Origin: an uncultured Zetaproteobacteria bacterium
Lineage (GTDB): Bacteria > Pseudomonadota > Zetaproteobacteria > Mariprofundales > Mariprofundaceae
Reading direction: 5' to 3'
Length of the DNA: 64,000 bases
NCBI GenBank assembly: GCA_964613235.1
Contig: CAZTGM010000001.1
Location: forward strand, 17,143-81,142
The notes below the pieces were generated by a model. That model was not told where the DNA came from. It saw nothing but the letters and a program-made list of their open reading frames with translations, and did no database searches. A program made the position numbers and the translations under genes. Positions 1 to 9,490 of the stretch are shown here, piece after piece; the first letter of the stretch is position 1; every line of letters starts with the position of its first letter.

Positions 1-236
1 ATCTGGCGCAGAATCTCGGGCATGGCCGCAGCCGATTCAGGATCGGGTATGGAAATGCGGACAATATCCGCACCGGCCTCATCCAGCCGGTTCACCTGCG
101 CCACCGTAGCATCAATATCCGTGGTTTTGGTGTTGGTCATGGATTGTACGGCAACCGGTGCATCACCACCCACAATAACATCGCCTACGGCAATGGCCCT
201 GGTCTTGCGCCTTGAACTGACAATGACATCACGCAT
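1..236 (-). CDS. ispG: 4-hydroxy-3-methylbut-2-enyl diphosphate synthase IspG, N-terminal part (gene runs off the left edge)
   Basis: The reverse-strand translation from the ATG at 236 reads [64 protein letters not shown]. GGxAPxxVQSMTNT is the classic IspG/GcpE N-terminus. Confidence 0.9.
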   Translation of the reverse strand, partial: MRDVIVSSRRKTRAIAVGDVIVGGDAPVAVQSMTNTKTTDIDATVAQVNRLDEAGADIVRISIPDPESAAAMPEILRQ

Positions 237-260
237 CGTGTGCTTTCCCCTTCAGTATGT

Positions 261-1346
261 TCAGCGAAGCATCCCCAGCCGCTCCTTGAGCAACTCGGCC
301 CTGCGCAACGCATCTACATACTCGGTCTGGTCCGGCCGCAATGCCACTGCCTTGCGCCAGTAACGGATAGCCTGATCCAGTTTTTCCTGCTGAAACATCT
401 TCTTGCCCATGGCGTAATAGGAAGCCGCTTCCCTGTCCATCAGCTGCTCAATCGACTTCAACAGCTTGTCACCATCCTTGCCGCCATTGCGCCGGTATAC
501 CAGCGTGGCCATACGCGCATCCACATAGCGTTTCTGCCGGATCAGCGCATCGATCTCTTTTTGGGTGACATGCTTGTGCACGGCCAGACGTTTCTTAGCC
601 TGCACCATATGGGTATTCGAGGGAATCGTTATGCCGGCCGGCATAGCCTTGAGAATACGCGCTTTCAGTTTCTGCCCACGTTCCGAATCAGGCACAAGGC
701 GCAAATAGGACTCAATGGCGATATAAGCCATTTCCGGCAAATCATCATCGAGATAATTATCGGCATCCCGATAGGCCTGTCTGGCACGATCTTCCAGCAA
801 ATCCAGTCGCTGCTCCCGTTCCTGCGCCATCAGCGGATCCTGCGCATCAAGGCCGCGTGGATTCTCAAGTGCCTCCAGCGCGGCCAGCAAAGCCTGATCC
901 TCGTTCCGGCGTTGCCGTAATAACAGTTTAAAACGGTACTGGCGCATCTTCATGGCCATCTGCCGACTTTTCTTCTGCAGAATTGCAGGTTTGATGGAAA
1001 AAGTCGCTGCCTGCTCATAATTACGCATGGCTTCAACCCAGCGTCTGTCCTTCTCTGCCTGGGCCGCACGTTTGCTGTAGGTCTCCAGCAGGCGCTTGCG
1101 GGCCGGTTCAATACGCTTGCGCAACAGTACCTGCGCCCTGGCATAATCCGGGTCCTTCTTATCCATCGCCAGCACCCTGCTTCTCGCTTCCATCACATGA
1201 CCGCTATTGAAATCATGTAATGCCGCCTCGTAACCATGAAGAAAACCCAGTGAAGATAGCTCTGAAGGCACTTTGAAACCACTGCAACCGCTCACCAGCA
1301 ACAACAGCAGCAGAATAGCGGCATGACGACCTGCGTTACGCATCAT
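261..1346 (-). CDS. TPR-repeat lipoprotein, function unknown
   Basis: 361-aa ORF. The N-terminus MMRNAGRHAAILLLLLLVSGCSG has a lipobox (LVSGC). The rest is helical and TPR-like (e.g. AIRYWRKAVALRPDQTEYVDAL). Its start overlaps the cyclase stop by 11 nt. Confidence 0.7.
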   Translation of the reverse strand: MMRNAGRHAAILLLLLLVSGCSGFKVPSELSSLGFLHGYEAALHDFNSGHVMEARSRVLAMDKKDPDYARAQVLLRKRIEPARKRLLETYSKRAAQAEKDRRWVEAMRNYEQAATFSIKPAILQKKSRQMAMKMRQYRFKLLLRQRRNEDQALLAALEALENPRGLDAQDPLMAQEREQRLDLLEDRARQAYRDADNYLDDDLPEMAYIAIESYLRLVPDSERGQKLKARILKAMPAGITIPSNTHMVQAKKRLAVHKHVTQKEIDALIRQKRYVDARMATLVYRRNGGKDGDKLLKSIEQLMDREAASYYAMGKKMFQQEKLDQAIRYWRKAVALRPDQTEYVDALRRAELLKERLGMLR

Positions 1347-2805
1347 CGGATGATGGTTGCCGGTGCACTCCGGAAGGTGACGTCAGGTCAAACGCAAGCG
1401 CCACCGCATGTTCAATATTCTTCAGCACACCCTTGTCCACGGGCCGAAGCATGCCACATTCCATCGGCTCACTCACACCTTTAATCATGCGCTCACCGAT
1501 TGAGTCGAATGCAAAGCCACCCTTCAGCACCTGAAAGGTCTTGCGTGGCAGCATCACCTGCCCGCCATCACCCAGTGCCGTCATTCTTGAAGCGACATTC
1601 ACTGAATCGCCGATGACAGTATATTGCAGGCGTGCCACAGCGCCGATATTACCGACGATGACCTGCCCCATATTCAGCCCCACCCTGAATGTGATCGTCT
1701 TGCCGTCCGGCCGGGGAATCGCCAGCCGCTTGCATGCCTCCACAACGGCCAGAGCCGCTTTCGCCGCATGCTGGGCATGATTGGGGTCCTCATTGGGATG
1801 ATTGAACACGGCCATCACCGCATCACCAATATATTTGTCCACATGTCCACCATAATAATCGATGATGCGGTGAAATATCTCGAAATGGCGATTCAGCACT
1901 TCAATGACATGTTCGGTTTCCGTCGCCTCCGAAAACGAGGTAAAGCCCACCATATCGGCAAAAAGAATCGTGGCATCATGACGGAAGCCCTCGACCTTGA
2001 ACTGACCGCTGCTGAACACCTCGGACACCAGCTTTGGATTCAGGTAGCGACCAAACACACCCCGCATCTCCTCCTTGTGTGCCAGTTCGCGTACCATGGC
2101 ATTGAATTGTCGGGTTGCATCGGAAATCTCGTTGTTGCCACTGACGGCCAGCTGCACCGTGTAATCACCCTGCGCCACCTTTTCCGCCGCCTCCGCCAGA
2201 CGTTCAAGCGGCTGACTCATACGGCCTGCCAGCCAGAATACCAGTACGCCGGCAAACAGCACCACCACGCCGGCCGCCATAGAAATGCGACTGACCAGTG
2301 TGCCGGCAAGCTCCCGCCATTTTTCTTCCGAAAAACGAACGGCCACAGAACCGATCTGCGTATCGGCATAGGTGATCTGCTTGCCATACCACAGGCTGTC
2401 CATAGGCAACTTGATCACACCTTTCCCTTTCATGGCGGACAGGTCGGGCTTTTCTTTCACGGTTCCGTGTTTGGCAAAGTCCTCATATTTTCCATCGGGC
2501 AATCGCAGGCGTATGGCCATCACCGTTGGCACCTTGTCGAGAAAACTTTTCACGATCAGATCCGTTTCCGCACTGCTGGCCAATAAGGGGATTTTCAATT
2601 CATCGGCCAGACGATCAACCTGAACCTCCGCCTGCGCGGCCTGACTGGCCAGCCAGGCATTGCGTTCCATATCCAGAATGATCAGCAACAGCACCAGCAC
2701 GGCTGCAACCACCGCGCCGCCGACCAGCATCGTCCAGTGCCAGCGAATGGGCATGCGCGGCGATGACGCAGTCGTTACCTGCTCCTGCTGACGATAATCG
2801 TTCAT
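1336..2805 (-). CDS. Membrane-bound class III adenylate/guanylate cyclase with a periplasmic sensor region and a HAMP domain
   Basis: Cyclase motifs are present: ATILFADMVGFTSFSE, GDAVMAVF, RVGLNMGQVIVGNIG, YTVIGDSVNVASRM. There are two TM segments and a HAMP-like stretch (PLERLAEAAEKVAQGDYTVQL...FNAMVRELA). The start was chosen at MNDYRQQ (2805); the maximal ORF extends to 2868. Confidence 0.85.
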   Translation of the reverse strand: MNDYRQQEQVTTASSPRMPIRWHWTMLVGGAVVAAVLVLLLIILDMERNAWLASQAAQAEVQVDRLADELKIPLLASSAETDLIVKSFLDKVPTVMAIRLRLPDGKYEDFAKHGTVKEKPDLSAMKGKGVIKLPMDSLWYGKQITYADTQIGSVAVRFSEEKWRELAGTLVSRISMAAGVVVLFAGVLVFWLAGRMSQPLERLAEAAEKVAQGDYTVQLAVSGNNEISDATRQFNAMVRELAHKEEMRGVFGRYLNPKLVSEVFSSGQFKVEGFRHDATILFADMVGFTSFSEATETEHVIEVLNRHFEIFHRIIDYYGGHVDKYIGDAVMAVFNHPNEDPNHAQHAAKAALAVVEACKRLAIPRPDGKTITFRVGLNMGQVIVGNIGAVARLQYTVIGDSVNVASRMTALGDGGQVMLPRKTFQVLKGGFAFDSIGERMIKGVSEPMECGMLRPVDKGVLKNIEHAVALAFDLTSPSGVHRQPSSDDA

Positions 2806-2936
2806 GGCTTGATCGTGACTCACGGCTTGCCACTCTAGCCAATAGCACGCGCGGAGCAATGTGCACATACTCGCCTGAAACAGCGTTTATTTATCCTCAC
2901 CGACTGCTAACATGCAGGCTTTATCGGAGAAATCAT

Positions 2937-3215
2937 ATGACACTGACATCTGCGCAGAGAAAAGCACTGAAAGCGCGAGCGCATCATCTTAAACCCGTCG
3001 TTCGCGTCGGACAGAAAGGCATTTCCGAGAATCTGCTGGCGGAAACTGAACTGGCACTGGCCACACACGAACTGATCAAGGTGCATATTGCCCGTGACGA
3101 TAAAGACGAACGTCAGGCTATCGCCGAGCAATTGGCCGAACATTGCCAGGTCGAAGTCGTCAACCATATCGGCAAAATAGCCATCCTCTACCGTGCCGGA
3201 GAAAAACAGGCTTGA
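2937..3215 (+). CDS. yhbY: YhbY-family RNA-binding (CRM domain) ribosome assembly protein
   Basis: MTLTSAQRKALKARAHHLKPVVRVGQKGISENLLAETELALATHELIKV is typical YhbY. A GGAGA sequence lies 6 nt upstream of the ATG at 2937. The longer ORF from 2763 lacks support. Confidence 0.85.
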   Translation: MTLTSAQRKALKARAHHLKPVVRVGQKGISENLLAETELALATHELIKVHIARDDKDERQAIAEQLAEHCQVEVVNHIGKIAILYRAGEKQA

Positions 3216-3484
3216 GTACCGCACAACGCATACGGGAACGCCTGCTGCAGTCACTGCCGGATGCAGATATTAAAATTATCGACGAATCCCATCTGCATGC
3301 CGGCCATGCCGGCTCACGCGACCATGGCGGCGGACATTTCCGTTTGCATATCGTTTCTGCGGCCTTTGCCAATAAAAACCGTATTCAGCGTCATCAGCAG
3401 ATTCATGCCATATTGCAGGATCTGTTCAAAACGGATATCCATGCACTCAGCATCGACGCCAAAGCACCCGCCGGACATAACTGA
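3212..3484 (+). CDS. BolA-family protein
   Basis: The sequence IIDESHLHAGHAG...GGHFRLHIVSAAFANKNRIQRHQQIHAILQDLF..IHALSI is a BolA signature. The probable TTG start at 3212 overlaps the yhbY stop (TTGA). The ATG at 3143 would overlap yhbY by 73 nt. Confidence 0.75.
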   Translation: MSTAQRIRERLLQSLPDADIKIIDESHLHAGHAGSRDHGGGHFRLHIVSAAFANKNRIQRHQQIHAILQDLFKTDIHALSIDAKAPAGHN

Positions 3485-3507
3485 GATGCAGTGTCCTGAG
3501 CATTAGC

Positions 3508-4860
3508 ATGGCGCTGCCCCCACTCAAACAAAAAATCCGGCAATGGCTGGATATGGATATTGCCGATATTGCCAGCCTGCCGGCCATAGCACGTCATGGC
3601 GTACATTTGCTGCGTTTCAGCTTCCGTGTGGCACACCGTTTTATTGCTGACCAGTGCATTCAGCGCGCATCTGCCCTGGCCTACGCCACGCTGCTGGCCA
3701 TTGTGCCGCTGGTCGCCCTCGGCTTTTCGGTGTTTGCCAGTTTTCAGGCATTTGACAAACTGGCGGCAAAAATGCGCAGCGCCATGCTTGAATACCTGCT
3801 GCCGACCAGCCAGCAGGCTGTAGAAAGTTATCTGGGAAGCATTGCCGACAAAACCACTGCATTGTCGGTCTTTGGCATTATCGGCCTGTTGTTTACGGTC
3901 ACGGCTCTGCTTAATACCATGGAAGAGGCATTCAATGATATCTGGCGCATTACCCGTGCGCGCCCCTGGTTCTCAAAATTCATTATATTCTGGTCCACGC
4001 TGACACTGGCTCCCATCCTCATCGCCGCATCCATCACCGTCACTTCCTATTTTGCCGCCCTGCCCGTACTGGAACACGTGGCCCGCGGTGCCAACATCAT
4101 CAGCCATACGCCCTTTGTGCTGCCATGGCTGATGACCTCCATCGCCATGACTCTGATGTACATGGTGCTGCCCAACACCTCAGTACCGATACGCTATGCA
4201 ATCATTGGCGGCCTGGTTGCCGGCGCATTGTTTGAAGCATCGAAGCTGGGATTTACCTTCTATATCACTGATGTCGCCAATTATGAGAAAGTTTACGGCG
4301 CTTTATCCACGCTGCCGATTTTCCTGATCTGGCTCTACTTATGCTGGGTCATCGTTCTGCTTGGCTCGGAGGTCGCTTTCTGCCTGCAGCATCCTGAACA
4401 GTCACACCGCCATAAAAGCCAGTTTATGCAACCCGGCATCAAACAGTTCTATGCGCATCTGATTCTGCTACGCGCAGCACAGGCGCTGGAGCAGGGCCAC
4501 ACGCTGAACATGCAACAACTGATCGATGAAACGAATGTTCCGGACAATATCCTGCAGGAATGGCTTGATGAGCTGACCGAACACGGCCTGCTGCATCCTA
4601 CCGGTGGCCAGCATGGCAATGCCTCGTGGGTACCCGGCCGGGATGCGCATCAGCTGACACTGGAAGACATTCATAACGCACTTAACGAACAGACCATGTT
4701 CGTGCCCGATGCATGGAAAGACACGCCGATCGGTCGCACATTGCAGGGTCTTGCTTTCCGTATGCGTCGGGAGCAAGGACAAATCCTGGGCAGGATGAGC
4801 ATGCATGATCTTCTGCACAAGGAAAAGGAATATTACAATGCAGAGGCAACGGACCAATGA
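3508..4860 (+). CDS. YihY/BrkB-family inner membrane protein with a C-terminal soluble extension
   Basis: 450-aa ORF. It has the motif QRASALAYATLLAIVPLVALGFSV and about six TM helices typical of the YihY family, followed by a roughly 130-aa hydrophilic tail. Confidence 0.8.
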   Translation: MALPPLKQKIRQWLDMDIADIASLPAIARHGVHLLRFSFRVAHRFIADQCIQRASALAYATLLAIVPLVALGFSVFASFQAFDKLAAKMRSAMLEYLLPTSQQAVESYLGSIADKTTALSVFGIIGLLFTVTALLNTMEEAFNDIWRITRARPWFSKFIIFWSTLTLAPILIAASITVTSYFAALPVLEHVARGANIISHTPFVLPWLMTSIAMTLMYMVLPNTSVPIRYAIIGGLVAGALFEASKLGFTFYITDVANYEKVYGALSTLPIFLIWLYLCWVIVLLGSEVAFCLQHPEQSHRHKSQFMQPGIKQFYAHLILLRAAQALEQGHTLNMQQLIDETNVPDNILQEWLDELTEHGLLHPTGGQHGNASWVPGRDAHQLTLEDIHNALNEQTMFVPDAWKDTPIGRTLQGLAFRMRREQGQILGRMSMHDLLHKEKEYYNAEATDQ

Positions 4861-5987
4861 GCCGGCACGCACGCCTGCTCATTGCCGACTCCGAACACCA
4901 TGCAGACATGCTGTATGTCTCGGGCATGTTTGTTCCCGACCCTTTCATTGCCATCGAAATCGATGGCCGCTGGCATGGACTGCTGTCTTCGCTGGAGGTC
5001 GATCGTGCCAAAAAACGTTCACGCTTTGCCGCCGTGCATCTGGACAGCGTCTGGCATCAAAAAGCCGGTGAATATGCTTGGCAGCCGGGCCTTGCCGCCT
5101 GTGCAGGCGCGTTTCTCAAGGCACATGGTATCCGCAATATCGTCGTTCCCGGTGATTTCCCGCTCTATTTTGCCGAACAATTGCGGCAATGGGGATTTGG
5201 CGTTTCACCGGAGCAATCGATGTTCCCCGAGCGGGCCGTCAAAACGGCATGGGAAATCCGACAATTGGCCCGCGCCGAGCGGCTAACCCGCAACAGCATG
5301 CAACAGGCCTATGAATTCCTAGCCGCCTGTTCCATTGACGAACGTCGTTTCCTGACTCACCCGGACTGCCGCGGTCGTGTCAAAGCCAGCGATGTACGCA
5401 GGGTTATCGAAACCTATCTGGTGGCACAGGGCAGCATGCCGGCGCACACCATTGTTGCCTGCGGACGGCAGGGTGCCGATCCGCACAATACCGGCAGCGG
5501 CTATATGCGCAGCGAACAACCGATCATTATCGATATTTTCCCGCGCCTGCTGGATTCCGGCTACTGGGGCGATATGACGCGTACCTTCGTCAAGGGCAAG
5601 GTAAATGTCGAATTGCGTCGCATGTACCAGACCGTTCGCAACGGCCAGACCATCGGCCTGGAGATGGTGGCCAGCGGCGTCAATGCCCGCCATATCCATG
5701 AACGCATTATGCAATATTTCGAACAGTCCGGGTTCCCCACGGGTACCCGACGCGGACGGCAAATCGGTTTTTTCCATGGTACCGGCCACGGTGTCGGCCT
5801 GGAAATCCATGAAGCACCGCGTGTATCACGCTTCGATCAGGTGCTGCAGAGCGGCCATGTCATCACCATTGAGCCGGGCCTGTACTACCCGCAGATCGGC
5901 GGCATCCGTCTGGAAGATCTTGTCGTCGTTACTGACGACGGGCACCGCAATCTGACCCGTTACCCTTGCCGCATGGAGATTGAATAA
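4857..5987 (+). CDS. M24-family metallopeptidase (Xaa-Pro aminopeptidase/dipeptidase-like)
   Basis: Pita-bread-fold motifs are present: IIIDIFPRLLDSGYWGDMTRTF, FFHGTGHGVGLEIHEAP, ITIEPGLYYPQIGGIRLEDLVVVT. There is an ATGA overlap with the upstream gene. Confidence 0.85.
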   Translation: MSRHARLLIADSEHHADMLYVSGMFVPDPFIAIEIDGRWHGLLSSLEVDRAKKRSRFAAVHLDSVWHQKAGEYAWQPGLAACAGAFLKAHGIRNIVVPGDFPLYFAEQLRQWGFGVSPEQSMFPERAVKTAWEIRQLARAERLTRNSMQQAYEFLAACSIDERRFLTHPDCRGRVKASDVRRVIETYLVAQGSMPAHTIVACGRQGADPHNTGSGYMRSEQPIIIDIFPRLLDSGYWGDMTRTFVKGKVNVELRRMYQTVRNGQTIGLEMVASGVNARHIHERIMQYFEQSGFPTGTRRGRQIGFFHGTGHGVGLEIHEAPRVSRFDQVLQSGHVITIEPGLYYPQIGGIRLEDLVVVTDDGHRNLTRYPCRMEIE

Positions 5988-5993
5988 GCGCGT

Positions 5994-6896
5994 CTATTTA
6001 AGCATCTTCGTGCCGCCCAGCCGCCACAGCACGATGCCTCCGGGCAAAGCCGCCAGCAACAGCACCAACAACCATAACACTGCCATGGCGGCAGCAGCCT
6101 CGGCACTGCCGCCAAAATACACGGCCAGCCCGACATAACCGGCTTCGCGCACCCCCAGACCATTGAGCGAGATCGGCAGCGCCGAGGCCAGCGCAACCAG
6201 GCAAACGATAATCGCATAGGCCGGCCAGGAAAGCTGCAAGCCCACAGCCATGCCGAGCAAAACATGTGCGGCAATCACCAGCAACTGAAAGATGATCGAC
6301 ACCGGCAGACTGAGCAGCCAGGCCCGCTGAAACACACCGCCCGTCAAAGGCAGAGTCTTCCAGCCGGATAACTTCTCCGGCAACGGCAGGCGGGTAAACC
6401 ACGGCCACCACAGCGGCTGACTGAGCATCAACAGCCAAAGCAGCAGCACACCCGCCAGCCAGCCATAGGTCCACACAGCCGGTAATGTCACCATGAACAT
6501 GGCCACGGCCACGATACTGACCAGCCCCACGACGCCATTGAGGCGTTCCAGCACCACACTGGCTGCCGCCGGCCAGCCAGCATGCTCCCGTCCGCGTGCC
6601 AGCAAATAGCCGCGCGCCACATCGCCACCGATAATCGACGGCAAAAACAGGCTCAGAAACATACCCAGAAAATACAGGCGGATTTTTCGCCCTGTTTGCA
6701 CGGCCAGCCCCAGCCCCCGCGCCAGCCAGGCCCAGCGCAAGGCGGATAGCACCTGCCCGAACACCAACAGCAGACAGGCAGCGACCACCCACCATGGGTT
6801 CACCCGCGCCAGTTGCATGCCGATCGCATGCAGGTCCAGCATCCATAGCAGCCCGGCAAGCACAGCCAGCGACAGGACAATTTTCAACCAGGCCAT
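5994..6896 (-). CDS. UPF0104 / lysylphosphatidylglycerol-synthase-TM-like (flippase-like) integral membrane protein
   Basis: A 300-aa polytopic membrane protein with GDVARGYLL and GVREAGYVGL motifs, which I associate with the LPG_synthase_TM / flippase-like family. It is the last gene of the GT39-GT2 cluster. Confidence 0.65.
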   Translation of the reverse strand: MAWLKIVLSLAVLAGLLWMLDLHAIGMQLARVNPWWVVAACLLLVFGQVLSALRWAWLARGLGLAVQTGRKIRLYFLGMFLSLFLPSIIGGDVARGYLLARGREHAGWPAAASVVLERLNGVVGLVSIVAVAMFMVTLPAVWTYGWLAGVLLLWLLMLSQPLWWPWFTRLPLPEKLSGWKTLPLTGGVFQRAWLLSLPVSIIFQLLVIAAHVLLGMAVGLQLSWPAYAIIVCLVALASALPISLNGLGVREAGYVGLAVYFGGSAEAAAAMAVLWLLVLLLAALPGGIVLWRLGGTKMLK

Positions 6897-6917
6897 ATCA
6901 GCCCTGCCAGGCTGCCG

Positions 6918-7910
6918 TTACCAGCCGATCGTACGTCGGATTTTGTAATGCCGGCGACCCGTCGATTCGTAATAGATGCGTGCCTGCATTTCCAGAATCA
7001 GGCCAATGCCGAACAGCAAAATTCCCGCCAGAATCAGCAGCGAACCCAGTTGCAACATCGGGCGCCCCGACAAAGCAGCACCGAACAGTATTTTATCCAG
7101 CGACAGCCAGATATCGATAAACAGACCTGTGGCCAGACTGACCAGCCCGACCGAACCAAACAATTGCAACGGCCGATCGGTAAAACGCTGGAAAAACAGT
7201 ACCAGCAGCAAATCCACGAGTACGCGAATCGTACGACCGATACCGTACTTGCTTTCGCCGAACTGGCGTGAACGATGGCTGACCACCTCCTCGCCGATGC
7301 GCGCACCATACAAGTCCGCCAGCGCCGGCAAGAAACGATGCTGTTCGCCGTACAGGCGCAGGTTTTTGGCCACATCAGCACGCATCAGCTTCATCGGACA
7401 ACCGTAATCATGCATATAGACCTTCGTGGAACGGCGAATCAGCGCATTGGCGACTTTCGACGGCAGATTACGCGACAGGCTGGCGTCCTTGCGGTGCTTG
7501 CGCCAACCATTCACCATATCCAGATCATCCTTCTGCAAACGCTCCAGCAAGCGGGGGATATCTCCGGGATCGGTCTGCAGATCACCATCCATGTACACGA
7601 TAAATTCGCCACGCGCAGCCTCAAAGCCGGCGCTCATGGCTGCGGTCTGACCGAAATTGCGCCGAAACTGAATGCCACGCACACGCGGATGGGTGGCCAC
7701 CTGCTCCTCGATGACCGCAAACGTACGATCATCGGAACCATCATCGACCAGAATCAGTTCGTAATCATAATCCGCCAGCTTCTCAGTCACTTCCGCCACC
7801 AGCGGTGGCACGCTCTCTTCTTCACGAAACAACGGTACAACAATGGAAATCAATGGTTGATCGGCCAAGCTATCCCCTCCACCGGCTGCAGACTCACAAG
7901 CACCAGCCAT
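6918..7910 (-). CDS. GT2 polyprenyl-phosphate glycosyltransferase (GtrB/ArnC/DPM-synthase-like)
   Basis: ISIVVPLFREEESV, YELILVDDGSDDRT and YMDGDLQ (DXD) are present, plus two C-terminal TM helices. An alternative TTG start at 7868 has a strong GGAGG 7 nt upstream and may be the real start. Confidence 0.85.
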   Translation of the reverse strand: MAGACESAAGGGDSLADQPLISIVVPLFREEESVPPLVAEVTEKLADYDYELILVDDGSDDRTFAVIEEQVATHPRVRGIQFRRNFGQTAAMSAGFEAARGEFIVYMDGDLQTDPGDIPRLLERLQKDDLDMVNGWRKHRKDASLSRNLPSKVANALIRRSTKVYMHDYGCPMKLMRADVAKNLRLYGEQHRFLPALADLYGARIGEEVVSHRSRQFGESKYGIGRTIRVLVDLLLVLFFQRFTDRPLQLFGSVGLVSLATGLFIDIWLSLDKILFGAALSGRPMLQLGSLLILAGILLFGIGLILEMQARIYYESTGRRHYKIRRTIGW

Positions 7911-9490
7911 TTTCTTGCGTACAAACCATACACCCGCTTGTGAATAATCAAATATGCCATGATCTTCTGCGGCAATGCAACCAGCTCCTGTTGCGGCAAA
8001 ACCATGGCCTTGCCCGCCAGCAACCAGTCGGCAATGGCCGCCTGGTCCGCCAGAACCGGCAGGCGTCCGCCATGGTAAAACAGTAATGATGGCTGGAAAT
8101 AATTGTATGTAGCCAGGGCATCATCATCAAAACCGGCTACCGTGGCCGCCTCTGCCAGCTCAGGCGCCACCTTGTGCGCATCGATATGCGGCAGGCTCCA
8201 CAGGGTCAGACTCAGTACAAACACGGCCATGGCCGCAGACAAACTCAGCCAGAGATGGAATCGCTGACGCCAGAGCAACAGCAATACCGCCAGGACAACC
8301 GCCCCTATACCCAGCAGATATGTCCATTCGCCCGGCCACATGCGATCAATGGCAATACCACCACCAAGCACAATCGCCAGCGCCAATACCAGCGCCGTTA
8401 CCACGACAATCTGCCTGGCCCGCTGCCTTTGCCCGTCCGAGGCTCCACGCCACCACAGGGCCATCAGCATCGCTCCAGGCACGAATGCCGGCAGCAGATA
8501 ATTGGGAAGCTGGGTGCGGGCAATACTGAAAAACACGATATACACACCAATCCATACCAGCAAAAACAGGCGTACAGGCTGATCCCGCAATGCCTTCAGG
8601 CGCCAGGCTCCCGCCAGCAATGCCATGCCCATCAGCCCGCTCCACGGAAACCAGCCAAGCAGGTAGGTCAGGACATAATAACCCGGAAAACCGTGGTGCC
8701 CCTGCAACGCACCGGTAAACCGATCAATATTGTGATGCAGCAAAAAACCGCGCAGCCAGTCACCGTCCGTCAGCACGCCAACGGTGATATACCATGGCAG
8801 CGCGATCAGCATGACAATCAGGGTGCCACGCCAGACATAAAACCGTCGCCAGTCCTGCCAGCGACCGGCCAGCAACAGAAATGCACCCAGCACCATGGCC
8901 GGCATGACCACGGCCACAGGCCCCTTGGCCAGCACCCCCAGCCCCAGCGCGATATAGGCCATGATCAGCAAACCCGGCATCGTCGGGCCTTGCTGCTGTC
9001 GCCAGCGCTGGTCATGCAACAGAAATGCCGGCAGGGCAAAGCCCAGACTCAGCATCAGCAACGGATCGGGCACACAGGCGCGGGCAATCAGGATAATATG
9101 CAGGCTGCTGGCCAGCAGCAGGCCAGCCAGCAGGCCCGTGGATCGATCCGTCAGGCGACGTGTCATCTCAAACACCACCCATACCAGCAGGGTAATGGCC
9201 ATGGCCGATGGCAGACGTGCCGTCCATTCATTAATCCCGAACAGGCTGTATAACGGCATCAGAAGCCAATAAATCAGAATCGGTTTGTCATAACGCAGGT
9301 CACCGTTGAACATCGGCACCCACCAGTTACCGGCAAGCAACATTTCGCGTGCACACACGGCATTATTGGGCTCATCAACATCCCACAGCGAATGTCCGCC
9401 CAGCCCGACTACGAAATTGACCGCACACAGCAGCAGCAAGAACAGAACGCCATAGCGTTCAAACCATGCCGGAAACCCTTCAGCTTTCAT
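7850..9490 (-). CDS. GT39 (GT-C, ArnT/PMT_2-like) polyprenyl-phosphate-sugar-dependent glycosyltransferase
   Basis: A 546-aa polytopic membrane protein. The first-loop motif LWDVDEPNNAVCAREMLLAGNWWVPMFNGDLRYDKPILIYWL is the ArnT/PMT-type DE...KPP signature. Confidence 0.8.
   Translation of the reverse strand: MKAEGFPAWFERYGVLFLLLLCAVNFVVGLGGHSLWDVDEPNNAVCAREMLLAGNWWVPMFNGDLRYDKPILIYWLLMPLYSLFGINEWTARLPSAMAITLLVWVVFEMTRRLTDRSTGLLAGLLLASSLHIILIARACVPDPLLMLSLGFALPAFLLHDQRWRQQQGPTMPGLLIMAYIALGLGVLAKGPVAVVMPAMVLGAFLLLAGRWQDWRRFYVWRGTLIVMLIALPWYITVGVLTDGDWLRGFLLHHNIDRFTGALQGHHGFPGYYVLTYLLGWFPWSGLMGMALLAGAWRLKALRDQPVRLFLLVWIGVYIVFFSIARTQLPNYLLPAFVPGAMLMALWWRGASDGQRQRARQIVVVTALVLALAIVLGGGIAIDRMWPGEWTYLLGIGAVVLAVLLLLWRQRFHLWLSLSAAMAVFVLSLTLWSLPHIDAHKVAPELAEAATVAGFDDDALATYNYFQPSLLFYHGGRLPVLADQAAIADWLLAGKAMVLPQQELVALPQKIMAYLIIHKRVYGLYARKWLVLVSLQPVEGIAWPINH

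Noticed and set aside
8174-9253. A 359-aa plus-strand ORF antisense to the GT39 gene. Similar long antisense or alternate-frame ORFs occur at 18757-19533, 13561-14342, 5998-6846, 27122-27901, 40418-41101 and 33592-34080.
   Set aside because: Their translations are low-complexity and rich in Arg, Gln, His and Pro, with no recognisable motifs. Each lies entirely inside a well-supported gene on the other strand or frame. This is the typical open-frame artefact of a moderately GC-rich genome.
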